From Planctomycetota bacterium (GTDB taxonomy: Bacteria; Planctomycetota; UBA11346): a stretch of 64,000 nt of DNA. The stretch covers positions 1,114-65,113 of the forward strand of contig JBBQSO010000019.1 of the NCBI GenBank assembly GCA_038213805.1, in the 5' to 3' direction. Numbering within the stretch: position 1 is the stretch's first letter; every line of letters begins with the position of its first letter. Below, in pieces: positions 1 to 9,900 of this stretch. The notes beneath the pieces were generated by a model. The model had not been told where the DNA came from. It searched no databases and saw only the letters and a list, made by a program, of their open reading frames with translations. The translations under genes and the position numbers were made by a program.

Positions 1-5
1 TGCCC

Positions 6-2051
6 ATGAACGGTGCCAAGTGGTCGCTGCTGGTCCTCACCGCCCTGCTGCTGGTGTACATGGCGGTCGACCGCTGGCGGCAGCCGCAGCAGCTTGAGAA
101 GGTCAGCGAGAGCATCGACCGGCTGAATCGGGCGCTGGAGGATCTTGAGCGTACGAACAAGGACTTGGCGGAGCAGATCGCGCGCAAGCCCGCCTTTGTC
201 CCGAGTCCGCCAACCACAGTCGGAACCGCGCCGCAGACCGGTACCGTGCCTGCGACCCCGGTCGCGCAATCAGCCGATAGCAAGGTACGCGACGGCAATC
301 CCAAACTCGGGGTGAATTTCCTGATTCCATACGACCGCTCCTTTTACCACCCGGAATGGCAAGGCGGGACGCTCAAGCTGTTCTACGACACTCCGCGCCG
401 CCTCAATCCGCTGACCGACAACTCCGCGATCAGTCATGCCGTCTACGAAATCGCCACGGACGGGCTCTGCGATCGCCCCGCGACCACTCCGGAGCAGTGG
501 AGCGAGAGCCTGGCAACTCAGGCCATCATCAGCGACGACTACAAGACCTACACCTTCATCCTGCGCCGCGGGGTGAAGTGGCAGCGCCCCAAGATCGCCA
601 AGCAGCCTGCCTTTGCCTGGCTCGACAAGGATGTCGAGCTGACGGCAGACGACTTCAAATTCGCCATTGATCTGATCCTCGACCCGGCGGTCGATTGTCC
701 CAGCCTGCGCAACTATTACGAGGACATCGATCACGCCGAGGTCGTCGACCCGTACACCTTCCGCATGGTGTGGAAGAAGAAGACCTACAACAGCCTGTCA
801 GCCAGCCTGGGACTGTCGCCGATTCCGCGCCACATCTACGGCCGCAACGCGGACGGATCGCCGATCGCGAAGGAGAAGCTTGGCGTGACCTTCAACCAGC
901 ACTGGTTCGACGAGTTGCGCGGGGTCGCCGGCGTCGGCGCCTATATGCTCGACGAGTACGTGCCGGACAAGGTGCTGCGTCTGCGCCGCAACCCGGACTA
1001 CTGGGGTGTGCCCTACCACTTCGACACCATCGAGTGGAACCTCGAAGTGAAGAATGAGGATGCCCAGCTGATCGCATTCAAGAACGGCCAGGTGCACTAC
1101 CACGGCCTGATGCCCTTGAAGTACAAGAGCGAGGTGCTCGATCATCATGAGGCGCGTTTCGCCGCACTCGACCAGGCAGATCCCAAGGCCGGCCGCAAGG
1201 GCGAGCTCGGCTGGGAGCGGGTCCGGCGCATGGCCTTCTCGTATCTGGGCTGGAACATCCGCAACCCGTTGTTCGCTGACAAGCGCGTACGCAAGGCCAT
1301 GAGCCACGCCTTCCCAAAGGACCGCATCATCTCCGAGGTGTTCTTCGGCCTTGGCCTGCCCGTGCTGACCGACGTGGCGCCTGGATCACAGTACGAGAAC
1401 ACCGACCTCAAGCCCTACGTCTTCGACCTCGAGCGCGCCAAGGCCCTGCTCGCCGAAGCCGGCTGGAAGGACAGCGATGGTGACGGCACCCTCGACAAGC
1501 TGGTCGACGGGAACAAGAAGGACTTCCGCTTCACCATGGTCTACGGCTCGCACGTCGCAGAACTCGACAGCATGCTGCTGATCTACAAGAACGAGCTGCG
1601 CAAGATCGGCATCGATATGCAGCTGAAGACCGTCGAATTCAAAGAGATGATGCGTGTGTACGAGGACCACGACTTCGAGGCGCTGGTCGGGTCCTGGCAG
1701 ACGGACTGGGACGTCGATTACTTCCAGCTCTGGCACTCCAGCCAAGCCGAGCAGCAGGGCGGCAGCAACCACTGCGGCTTCCTCAACGCGCGCGTCGACG
1801 AGCTGGCGGTCAAGCTGCGCGAGACCTTCGAGACGCCCGCGCGCATCGCCATCGTCAAGGAACTCCAGGCGATCATTCACGAGGAGCAGCCGTATACCTT
1901 CTTCCGCAGCTCCGAGGGCATCCTCATCTGGCAGAATCATGGCAAGGCCGCCAAGGAGCAGTACCTGGACGGCGTCGATGAGAGCCTCGACCGCCTCAAT
2001 CCGCTGATCAAGACCAGTCTGCGGCGCATGTACTGGCACTTCCGCCCGTGA
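6..2051 (+). CDS. ABC transporter substrate-binding protein, family 5 (Opp/Dpp peptide-binding type), with N-terminal membrane anchor and coiled-coil segment
   Basis: 681-aa ORF starting at ATG 6. N-terminal hydrophobic helix, then a length and motif pattern typical of SBP_bac_5 oligopeptide/dipeptide-binding proteins. Immediately followed by two permease genes and an ATPase. Confidence 0.7.
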   Translation: MNGAKWSLLVLTALLLVYMAVDRWRQPQQLEKVSESIDRLNRALEDLERTNKDLAEQIARKPAFVPSPPTTVGTAPQTGTVPATPVAQSADSKVRDGNPKLGVNFLIPYDRSFYHPEWQGGTLKLFYDTPRRLNPLTDNSAISHAVYEIATDGLCDRPATTPEQWSESLATQAIISDDYKTYTFILRRGVKWQRPKIAKQPAFAWLDKDVELTADDFKFAIDLILDPAVDCPSLRNYYEDIDHAEVVDPYTFRMVWKKKTYNSLSASLGLSPIPRHIYGRNADGSPIAKEKLGVTFNQHWFDELRGVAGVGAYMLDEYVPDKVLRLRRNPDYWGVPYHFDTIEWNLEVKNEDAQLIAFKNGQVHYHGLMPLKYKSEVLDHHEARFAALDQADPKAGRKGELGWERVRRMAFSYLGWNIRNPLFADKRVRKAMSHAFPKDRIISEVFFGLGLPVLTDVAPGSQYENTDLKPYVFDLERAKALLAEAGWKDSDGDGTLDKLVDGNKKDFRFTMVYGSHVAELDSMLLIYKNELRKIGIDMQLKTVEFKEMMRVYEDHDFEALVGSWQTDWDVDYFQLWHSSQAEQQGGSNHCGFLNARVDELAVKLRETFETPARIAIVKELQAIIHEEQPYTFFRSSEGILIWQNHGKAAKEQYLDGVDESLDRLNPLIKTSLRRMYWHFRP

Positions 2052-2071
2052 TCCGCGCGCCCGTCTGACCC

Positions 2072-3574
2072 ATGACCGCCTACGTCATCAGGCGCCTGCT
2101 GCTGATGATCCCGACCTTCATCGGGATCCTGATCATCAACTTCGCGGTACTGCGCCTGCAGGGGCCGACCCTGGTCGACCAGATGCAGGCCGGCGTGGGC
2201 AAGGGTGGCGGTGAGGGCGGACCTGGCGAGCGCAAGGCGCAGGGGGCGGCCAAGGATGTCGAGAACTACATAGACCGCTTCCGCAGATCCGGGCTGGACC
2301 TGCCAGCGCTGGTCAATGTGCGCGGCTTTACCGGGCGCGACGAAGTCGTCGCACGACTGCGCGACAGCGCGGGCGACGGGCCAAACCGCGAGCGGCCCAG
2401 CGTGCGCAACGGCATCGAGAAGAATCTCTGGCTGGGCGGGCCGCAGCTGGTCGAGCCGCTGCTGGCGGTCGTCGCCGACGACAGTCTCGCCACCCTGCAC
2501 GCGCCGGCGGTGCTGGCCCTGACCTACTGCGCTTATGTCACGGTGACGGCACGCGACCTGGCGCGCATGCCGGCGGAGCGGCTCAACCAGATCCAGGAGC
2601 GCAACGAACGCCTGCGCAACGACCGCATCCGCTACACCAACACCGCCAAGGGCTTCGCCACCGTCGATTCGGAGGCCGCGGCCAAGCGCGCTGACCTGCT
2701 CGCCCTGTTCGCCATTCCCGGCACACAGGCGGAATTCACGGCGGCGCGCGCCACGCGCTGGAGCGACGCGCTGCTGCGCACCGGCTTCTGCGACTTCATG
2801 GCCAAGCTCTTCACCGCCCAACTCTATTCAGAATCCCGCAAGGACTACGTGTTCTCGGTCATCGCTGACCGCTGGTACGTGACCTTCTGGCTCAACACCA
2901 TCTCGATCGTCATCGCCTGGGCCGGCTCGATCCTGCTCGGCATCCGTTCGGCGCGGCGCAGCGGTTCGCTCGAAGACCGGGTGACGACCAGCGGGCTGTT
3001 CCTGGCCTGGTCGATGCCGTCGATGTTCTTCGGGACGCTGTTGCTGTACTACTTCTGCACCGACACGAGTGGTTCGAAGGCCTGGTTCCCAAACCGCGGG
3101 CTGTCCAGCGATGGCTCGATGTGGCTGCCCACCGGGGAGTATCTGCTGGATCTACTCTGGCACGCCTTCCTGCCGCTGGTGGTGCTCAGTTACAACAGCT
3201 TCACCGCGCTCTCGCGTTACATGCGCGCCAACCTGCTTGAGCAGCTCGATGCCGACTACGTGCGCAGCGCGCGCGCCAAAGGCTGCGACGACGACGCTGT
3301 GGTCTACCGGCATGCCGTCGGCAACAGCCTGATCACCATGATCACGCTCGGCGGCGGCCTGCTCGCCGACCTGTTTTCGGGCGCGCTGATTGTCGAACTG
3401 ATCTTCAGCATCCCCGGTCTGGGCTGGCTGATGCTCGACGCCGCCATCCAGTCGGACGGTCCACTGCTGATGGGCTCGACGGTCATCACCGTGTCCCTGC
3501 TGCTGATGGGCATCCTCATCTCCGACCTGCTCTATGCGGTCGTCGACCCGCGCATCCGGGGGCGTTATGCCTGA
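2072..3574 (+). CDS. ABC transporter permease (OppB/DppB-like), with a large inserted soluble segment
   Basis: 500 aa. The C-terminal EAA-loop region and the tail 'SIPGLGWLMLDAAIQSDGPLLMGSTVITVSLLLMGILISDLLYAVVDPRIR' are hallmark OppB/DppB. There is an unusual ~150-aa hydrophilic insertion after TM1. Confidence 0.8.
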   Translation: MTAYVIRRLLLMIPTFIGILIINFAVLRLQGPTLVDQMQAGVGKGGGEGGPGERKAQGAAKDVENYIDRFRRSGLDLPALVNVRGFTGRDEVVARLRDSAGDGPNRERPSVRNGIEKNLWLGGPQLVEPLLAVVADDSLATLHAPAVLALTYCAYVTVTARDLARMPAERLNQIQERNERLRNDRIRYTNTAKGFATVDSEAAAKRADLLALFAIPGTQAEFTAARATRWSDALLRTGFCDFMAKLFTAQLYSESRKDYVFSVIADRWYVTFWLNTISIVIAWAGSILLGIRSARRSGSLEDRVTTSGLFLAWSMPSMFFGTLLLYYFCTDTSGSKAWFPNRGLSSDGSMWLPTGEYLLDLLWHAFLPLVVLSYNSFTALSRYMRANLLEQLDADYVRSARAKGCDDDAVVYRHAVGNSLITMITLGGGLLADLFSGALIVELIFSIPGLGWLMLDAAIQSDGPLLMGSTVITVSLLLMGILISDLLYAVVDPRIRGRYA

Positions 3575-4796
3575 GCAGGGCGGATCCCCGGCACAACTCG
3601 CGTGGTCCCGGTTCCTGGCGCGGCGCAGCTCCCGCTACGGACTGGGCATGCTCGCCGTGATCGTGCTGACCGGGATCTACGCGCCGTTCCTCTCCAACGA
3701 GGTGGCGCTGGTGTGGTGGGACCAGGACGGGCTGCGTTTCCCGCTGATCTGGGACCTCTTCAACCGGCGCATCTACGAGAAGATCTACGACGTCTACTTC
3801 AACGTCCTGGCGCTGCTGCTGCCGATCCTCGCGGTGGTGTTCGCCGTGCTGGGCCGGCGCATCGGTGTGACCGGCCGGTTAAAGATCGGAGTCGCGTCCC
3901 TGGCGCTGATCGGCACCTTCTGCTTGCTGCCGGTGTTCCCGGGGCATGGGGCCCGCGTCGCGGTCTGGGACCACCGCCCCTTCACCGCGTCCGGCATCCA
4001 GGAATGGAGCGCATTACCCGAGGCCAAACGCCCCTTCGCCGTGTTCACCCCGGTCAAGCACCGCTTCGACGCCACCTACCCCGGCGCAATATTACAGTCG
4101 CCTGGAACCATCAATCCGGTCACCGGCGGGCACTATTGGCTCGGCACCGACGCAGGCGGGCACGATGTCCTGACCCACCTGTTTTTCGGCGCGCGCATCA
4201 GCCTGACGGTGGGGCTGGTCGCGGCCGGGTTGTCGTTCCTCATAGGACTGGTGGTCGGCGCGGTCAGCGGCTATTTCGGCGGCTGGGTCGACCTGGTCCT
4301 GCAGCGCATCGTCGAAATCATGATGTGCTTCCCCACCTTCATCCTCATCCTGACCGTGGTGGCGATGTACAGCCGCGACATCTTCTTCATCATGGCCGTG
4401 ATCGGTCTCACCAGCTGGGCCGGAACGGCGCGCCTGGTGCGCGGCGAATTCCTGGCGCATGCGGTGCGCGACTACGTCACCGCCGTCGAAGCCCTCGGCC
4501 TGCCGCGCTGGCGCATCATGTTCCGGCACATCCTGCCCAATGCGATCGCGCCGCTGCTGATCTCGCTGACCTTCGGCATCGCCGGCTCGGTGGGCGCGGA
4601 AAGCGCGCTCGCCTTCGTCGGCCTCGGCGACCCCACCGCACCCAGCTGGGGCGTCCTCCTCGAGCAGGGCCGCGAGAACATCCGCTACCCGTGGCTGATC
4701 TACACGCCGGGACTCGCGATCTTCACGATCGTCATGACGTTGAATCTGCTGGGCAACAATCTGCGCGAAGCGATTGATCCGAAGCAGCGGCAATGA
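3567..4796 (+). CDS. ABC transporter permease (OppC/DppC-like)
   Basis: ATG 3567 overlaps the upstream stop (ATGCCTGA). Contains 'HYWLGTDAGGHDVLTHLFFGARISL...GYFGGWVDLVLQRIVEIMMCFPTFILIL', typical of OppC. The stop TGA at 4794-4796 is the first unit of the heptamer array. Confidence 0.8.
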   Translation: MPEQGGSPAQLAWSRFLARRSSRYGLGMLAVIVLTGIYAPFLSNEVALVWWDQDGLRFPLIWDLFNRRIYEKIYDVYFNVLALLLPILAVVFAVLGRRIGVTGRLKIGVASLALIGTFCLLPVFPGHGARVAVWDHRPFTASGIQEWSALPEAKRPFAVFTPVKHRFDATYPGAILQSPGTINPVTGGHYWLGTDAGGHDVLTHLFFGARISLTVGLVAAGLSFLIGLVVGAVSGYFGGWVDLVLQRIVEIMMCFPTFILILTVVAMYSRDIFFIMAVIGLTSWAGTARLVRGEFLAHAVRDYVTAVEALGLPRWRIMFRHILPNAIAPLLISLTFGIAGSVGAESALAFVGLGDPTAPSWGVLLEQGRENIRYPWLIYTPGLAIFTIVMTLNLLGNNLREAIDPKQRQ

Positions 4797-4834
4797 TGGC
4801 TGATGGCTGATGGCTGATGGCTGATGGCTGATGG
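4794..4834. repeat. Heptanucleotide tandem array (TGATGGC)x~6, left arm of heptamer-bounded element 1
   Basis: Direct reading of the sequence. The array supplies the stop codon of the upstream permease gene and contains TGA in all three forward frames. Confidence 0.9.
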
Positions 4835-4886
4835 AGACAGGATTCCGTGGAAAAGGTAAGCAACATGATGGAGGTCGGAAGGCTCG

Positions 4887-5240
4887 ATGGCCAAGACTTA
4901 CCGGGAACTTCTCGTGTGGCAGGAGGCAATGGCACTAGCAAAAGGGATCTATGTCGTGACCAAGGTGTTTCCCAAAGAGGAGCGATTCGGCCTTATATCG
5001 CAAATGCGTCGCGCTGCCGTATCCATCCCGAGCAATATCGCCGAAGGACATGGCAAATCGAGTGCCGCCCATTTCCTCAGCTACCTCGGCCATGCGCGCG
5101 GATCGCTTTTCGAACTCGAGACACAGGCCGAACTCAGCTGCGAATTCGGCTTCATCTCTGCAGCGGACATGGTGGAATTATCTCTCATGACCACCCGCCT
5201 GGGACGAATGCTAAGTCGATTCATGGAAACTCAGGAATGA
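4887..5240 (+). CDS. Four-helix-bundle protein of the '23S rRNA intervening-sequence protein' family (same fold family as DGR accessory protein Avd)
   Basis: 117 aa, 'ELLVWQEAMALAKGIYVVTKVFPKEERFGLISQMRRAAVSIPSNIAEGHGKSSAAHFLSYLGHARGSLFELETQ' matches the family signature. GC about 52% against about 70% in the flanks. Bounded by inverted heptamer arrays. Confidence 0.7.
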   Translation: MAKTYRELLVWQEAMALAKGIYVVTKVFPKEERFGLISQMRRAAVSIPSNIAEGHGKSSAAHFLSYLGHARGSLFELETQAELSCEFGFISAADMVELSLMTTRLGRMLSRFMETQE

Positions 5241-5243
5241 CGC

Positions 5244-6131
5244 ATGCCCCCTGAACCCACTGCGCCATCAGCCATCAGCCATCAGCCATCAGCCCTCCTG
5301 CAGTTCGACGACCTGCACGTCACCTTCGCACTGCGCGACCGCAACGTCGAGGCAGTCAAGGGCATCAGCTTCTCGGTATCCGCCGGCGAGGTCGTCGCCC
5401 TGGTCGGCGAATCCGGCTCCGGCAAATCAGTCTCCTCCATGTCCGTGCTGCGCCTCCTCCAGGAACCGCCCGCAACCTACCCGCGCGGCCGCATCCTGTG
5501 GAAGGGCGAGGACATCCTGCACATGGACAAGGCGCGCCTGCGCCGGCTGCGTGGTGGCGAGGCGGGGATGATTTTCCAGGAGCCGATGACCGCGCTCAAC
5601 CCGACCTGGACCTGCGGGGACCAGGTCGACGAGGCACTTGCCCTGCACACCGCGCTCGACCAGAAGGCGCGCCGCGCGCGCACCGTCGAACTGTTCCGCC
5701 TGGTCGGCATCCCGCAGCCCGAGACGCGCGCCGACCAATACCCGCACGAGCTTTCTGGCGGCATGCGTCAGCGCGTCTGCATCAGCATGGCGCTGGCCTG
5801 CCGGCCGCAGCTGCTGATCGCCGACGAACCCACCACGGCGCTCGACGTCACCATCCAGGCGCAAATCCTTGAGCTGATCAAGCGCCTGCAGCGCGAGCAG
5901 GGCCTGGCGGTGCTGTTCATCACCCACGACCTGGGCGTGGTCGCCGAGCTCGCCGACCGCGTGGTGTTGATGCGCCATGGCGCGATCGTCGAGCAGGGTC
6001 CCGTAAAGGAGATCTTCACCAATCCCCAGCACCCCTACACCAAGGGACTGCTCGCGTGCCGGCCGCGCTTGGGCGTGCGGCGGGATCGGTTGCCGACGGT
6101 AGATGACTTCATGGCGGGGGCGGGGGGCTGA
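5244..6131 (+). CDS. ABC transporter ATP-binding protein (OppD/DppD-like)
   Basis: Walker A 'GESGSGKS', signature 'LSGGMRQR', Walker B '[12 protein letters not shown]' and the C-terminal oligopeptide-ABC tail. The first ~18 codons are encoded by the repeat element, so the true N-terminus is uncertain. Confidence 0.85.
   Translation: MPPEPTAPSAISHQPSALLQFDDLHVTFALRDRNVEAVKGISFSVSAGEVVALVGESGSGKSVSSMSVLRLLQEPPATYPRGRILWKGEDILHMDKARLRRLRGGEAGMIFQEPMTALNPTWTCGDQVDEALALHTALDQKARRARTVELFRLVGIPQPETRADQYPHELSGGMRQRVCISMALACRPQLLIADEPTTALDVTIQAQILELIKRLQREQGLAVLFITHDLGVVAELADRVVLMRHGAIVEQGPVKEIFTNPQHPYTKGLLACRPRLGVRRDRLPTVDDFMAGAGG
5264..5294. repeat. Heptanucleotide tandem array (GCCATCA)x~4.5, right arm of element 1 (inverted relative to 4794..4834)
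   Basis: Direct reading. Lies inside the 5' end of the ATPase ORF, where it is translated as '[10 protein letters not shown]'. Confidence 0.9.
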
Positions 6132-6192
6132 GGCTCCACCTACCCTGGGATCGCCGAGGTATCATCGGCCGGAACCAGCCGACCTGCCGAGT

Positions 6193-6218
6193 GGAACTGG
6201 GCGAACCCGCACAGTCGG
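6193..6218 (+). promoter_or_regulatory. Candidate ECF-type promoter (GGAAC-N16-GTC) upstream of the sigma-factor gene
   Basis: GGAAC at 6193-6197, a 16-nt spacer, then GTCGG. About 110 nt upstream of the ECF sigma start. This is motif matching only. Confidence 0.2.
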
Positions 6219-6328
6219 TCGGGGTGATGACTGCATCCCCCGCGCCAGTAACAGCTTCGTCACGATCCCACACGACCATTGCCACCCAGGGGTAGAGCGG
6301 CTAAGAAATCGCGTCCCGGTGCGTAGGA

Positions 6329-6913
6329 GTGGCTGTGAGTCCAGGCGATGCCGAGCCATCTGACAGACGACTGCTTGAACGTTACTGCCGTCATGGCGAC
6401 GTCGGGGCCTTCGGCAGCCTGCTCGACCGGCACCAGGGCGACCTGCTGCGCTTCGCGCATTCCCTGCTCGGCGACGCGCATGCCGCCCAGGACGCCGTCC
6501 AGGAGGCGTTCTGCCGGCTGTGCCGCGAGGCGCACCGGCTGGGGCAGGGGGCCGCTGGCCAGGACTCACTGGGGGGTTGGCTGTGCACCGTCGTGCGCAA
6601 CGCCTGCATCGATGTCCTGCGCCGCCGGAGCTACGCGCCCATGACCACCATCGCCGAGCACCAGGAAGGCCAGGGCGCATCTCCCAGCGCTGCCGTCGCC
6701 GCCAGCGACGCCGGCGAATCGCTGTGGCGCGCGGTCGCCACCCTGCCGCCGCTCGAGCGCGCCGCGGTGGTGCTGCGCTACCGCGACGGTCTCAGCTACC
6801 AGGATATCGCCGTGCGCCTGGGCAAGACCGCGACGCACATCGGCGTGCTGCTCCACCAGGGACTCGGACGGCTGCGCCAGAGCGAACGCCTGCGCGCGGG
6901 GGTGATGCCATGA
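6329..6913 (+). CDS. ECF (sigma-70 family, group IV) RNA polymerase sigma factor
   Basis: 194 aa. Region 2 'DAVQEAFCRLCREAHRL...GWLCTVVRNACIDVLRRR' and region 4 'LPPLERAAVVLRYRDGLSYQDIAVRLGKTATHIGVLLHQGLGRLR'. Confidence 0.85.
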   Translation: MAVSPGDAEPSDRRLLERYCRHGDVGAFGSLLDRHQGDLLRFAHSLLGDAHAAQDAVQEAFCRLCREAHRLGQGAAGQDSLGGWLCTVVRNACIDVLRRRSYAPMTTIAEHQEGQGASPSAAVAASDAGESLWRAVATLPPLERAAVVLRYRDGLSYQDIAVRLGKTATHIGVLLHQGLGRLRQSERLRAGVMP

Positions 6914-9900
6914 ACGATGCCATGCACGACCAGACCGTGCCCACCGCCGCCGACGCGAACGGCGATCTCGGCTACCTGCTGACCGCCTACGCCGATGGCC
7001 AGCTGGCCCTCGAAGGCATGGCCTGGGTCGAGGAGCAGCTCGACCGACGGCCCGAGCTGCGCGCGCGCCTCAAGGAGATCCGCGCCGTGCAGGCCGCGCT
7101 GCGCGCGGAGTTCGCGCGCTTCCCGGCGCCGGAGGAACTCGGCGGATTCGCGCGTGGGCAGGTGCTGGACGCGGCGCGGCGCGGCCGGCCGTTCTTCCGC
7201 CAGCGCGGGGCGCAGGCGGCGCTGGTGATGATCTCCATCGGCATCGCGGCCATGGCCGCGGCGGCGGTGTTCGGCCTTCCCGCCAGCGTGGTGCACGGGA
7301 CCCGATCCTATGCCTCCTCCCAGCCGGCATCCGCGCCGATCCAGAAGTTGGAGACGCCACGTGGAGTTTATGACCCAGGTGAGTATGCGATGATCATCGA
7401 CCGCCCGAGCGCAGGTGAGAGCCGCGAGACCGACCAACTCGAAACGGTCCCGGATCGAGACGGATCCACTACCGCCGACGAGGACGGCGACGTCGCAAAA
7501 GGACGCGAAGAGACGCTGAACGAAGCCGACACGGCGTCCGGACACGGTGCCTTCATGGCCCTCGGCGCGGGCGGTGGCACCAGCGGCGGCCGGCGCTCCA
7601 AGCACAAGCCCGGCGAGCCCCCCGCCGCGCCGGGGGCTGCACCGACCGAGCAGCTGGCGCGCGCCGAGCAGGTCGTCGAAGCACGTGATTTCCAGGGCCA
7701 TGCCGCCCCGTTGCAGAAGGACGCTGGAGAGGTCAGCGCATCAGACCGCATGGTTGAGGAGATGGCGCAAGCGGTCGAACCGCCTGCAGCCGCGGCCAAG
7801 CCGGAACAAGTCGTGGTGACCGAAGGGCATTTCGGCGGCGGTAAACGCCTCGTCGCCGCCAGCGGCCACCATGGTGCGACCGATCTGCCTGCACCGGTCG
7901 GGGCGCCGCAGCCGCTCGCCGGAGTGAACGCAAGCCGCTCCAGCGAGGACAAGACCCGCAACCGCGAGCTTCAGTCGCGTCAAGCCGCTGCCGAATCCAT
8001 GTACGATGCCAAGAAGAGCAGTGTCGGCGGTGGTGACGGCAAGCTGCCGCCTGCGCGCCCGTCGTCGCCGCCCGCCGTCGCTGCCAACGGCACCACCTCG
8101 GTCGTCGCCACGCCGCCTGCCTCCAGCACGATAGCACTTCCAGCCAAGCCCGGTTCCACGAAATCGTCTGCGGGAGCCGTCGGTGGCATTGCCTATTCTG
8201 CGGAGCAGTCCGCGGCGAAAACCGGGGACCTGAAGGCGGCGCGGACCGCGCATACCGAGAAGACCCACATCGCCGAGGTCGGGAGGGCGGTCGCTTTCCA
8301 GCTCAATGGCAAGCTCGCCGAGGTCGAGGATGGCCTCAACCGCGCGAAGCAGCAGGGGCTCGACGGACAGCGGGACGGGGCTCCGTCCGCGGCTCCTGCG
8401 CAAATCGGACTTGCAGACCAGGAGTATCGCCAGCTCTCCGCTTCCGCTAACAAGGATCGCCTCCCCTACCTCAATGTCCCGGATCCGCTCGCCACTTTCA
8501 GCGAGCCGCTGCCGGAGTCGCACGAGCAGGCGCAGGCCATGCAGACAGCGGACGACGACCGGTCGATCGCCAAGCTCGACATCGTCAGGGAGCGCTATCC
8601 CAAGGTCTTCAACTCCTTCTCCGACGAGCACCAGTCGGCCGCCTTCTTCCAGGCGACCGTCTCCAGCGTCCGCAGCAACCCTCAGGGCGAGGGCGAGGGC
8701 GACCTGGTCATGCTCACCGTCGGGAAGCAGGACGCCGTCGATGCAGGCACCGAGTTCATCGTCTTCCGCGGCAGCCAGTACATCGTCAAGGTGCGCGCCG
8801 AGAAGGTTCTGAACGGCATGGTCGCATGCAGGGTGATCCCGGGATCCTGGAACGCCAACGGCGCGCAGATCCAGATGGGCGACCTCGCCCAGAACCGCCT
8901 GGGCGGCTCCGACGACGTCGAACGACCCGCCACGTCCGACCAGTCCTCCTCCCCCAGCCAGGCCCTCGCCACCGGCAATGCCCAGCGTGCCCCGCGCGAC
9001 CGCGTCGCCGCGCTGCTCACCACCACCTCGCTGAATGCTACCGCGCCGCTCGCCACCATACTGCGCCTCGCCGCCGGCCCCGACGGCGCCCTGGCCGCCA
9101 GCCCTGCGCTCGATGAGGTCCTCACCCGGCCAGCGCACCTCGAAACCCACGACCTGACCAGCGGCCAAGCGTTGCTGCAGCTCGCGCGCGGCGCCGGCCT
9201 GCAGGCACGTCTGTTGGGTGGAGTGCTGACCCTCGACACCGCGCGCGGGCAGCTCGACCCCACCGACACCCAGGGCCTGGACCGGGCACGCTTCACCAGC
9301 GCCTTCGGCACCGTGCCGATGGTCGCCACCGCCGAGGACGCGCGCAGCACCTTCGCGCTCGATGCCAACACCGCCTCGTTCGAGCGCGCCCGTTCGCAGC
9401 TGCGCAGCGGCCAGCTGCCCGATCCCGCCGCCATCCAGGCCGAGCACTTCATCAACGCCATGCCCATGGATTACCCGGCGGCGCGCGGGCCCGAGGCCTT
9501 TGCGCTCTACGCCGAAGCCGCGCCCTCACCGTTCGCGCTTGGCCCCGCCGATGCGGCGGTGCGCGCACCGTGGGCCGGCCGCACCGCGGTGGTGGCGATC
9601 GGCGCGGTGGCGCGCCCCGCCGCTCCGGACGAACGCCGTCCGCTGCACCTGACGCTGGCCCTCGACTGCTCCGGCTCGATGGCGCAGCCCGGCGGCCTCG
9701 ACCGCGTGCGCCTGGGGCTTGAGGAGCTGCTCACCCACCTGCGCCCGGTCGACACCGTGGCGGTGGTGGCCTTCAGCGACCAGGCGCGCGTGGTGCTGCC
9801 CGCGACCCCGGGCGGCGATTCCGCGCCGATCGCGCGCGCGCTCGCCGGCTTGACCCCGGGTGGCGCGACCAACGCGGTCGAGGGCCTGGCCCTCGCCTAC

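Noticed and set aside
3602-4777. 391-aa alternative-frame ORF inside the OppC gene
   Set aside because: Its translation is Arg/Pro/Gly-rich nonsense, whereas the +0 frame gives a canonical OppC permease.
6520-6909. Upstream 130-codon extension of the anti-sigma ORF (track start 6520)
   Set aside because: It lies entirely inside the sigma-factor gene in another frame. ATG 6910 overlaps the sigma stop (ATGA) and is followed by the anti-sigma N-terminal motif.
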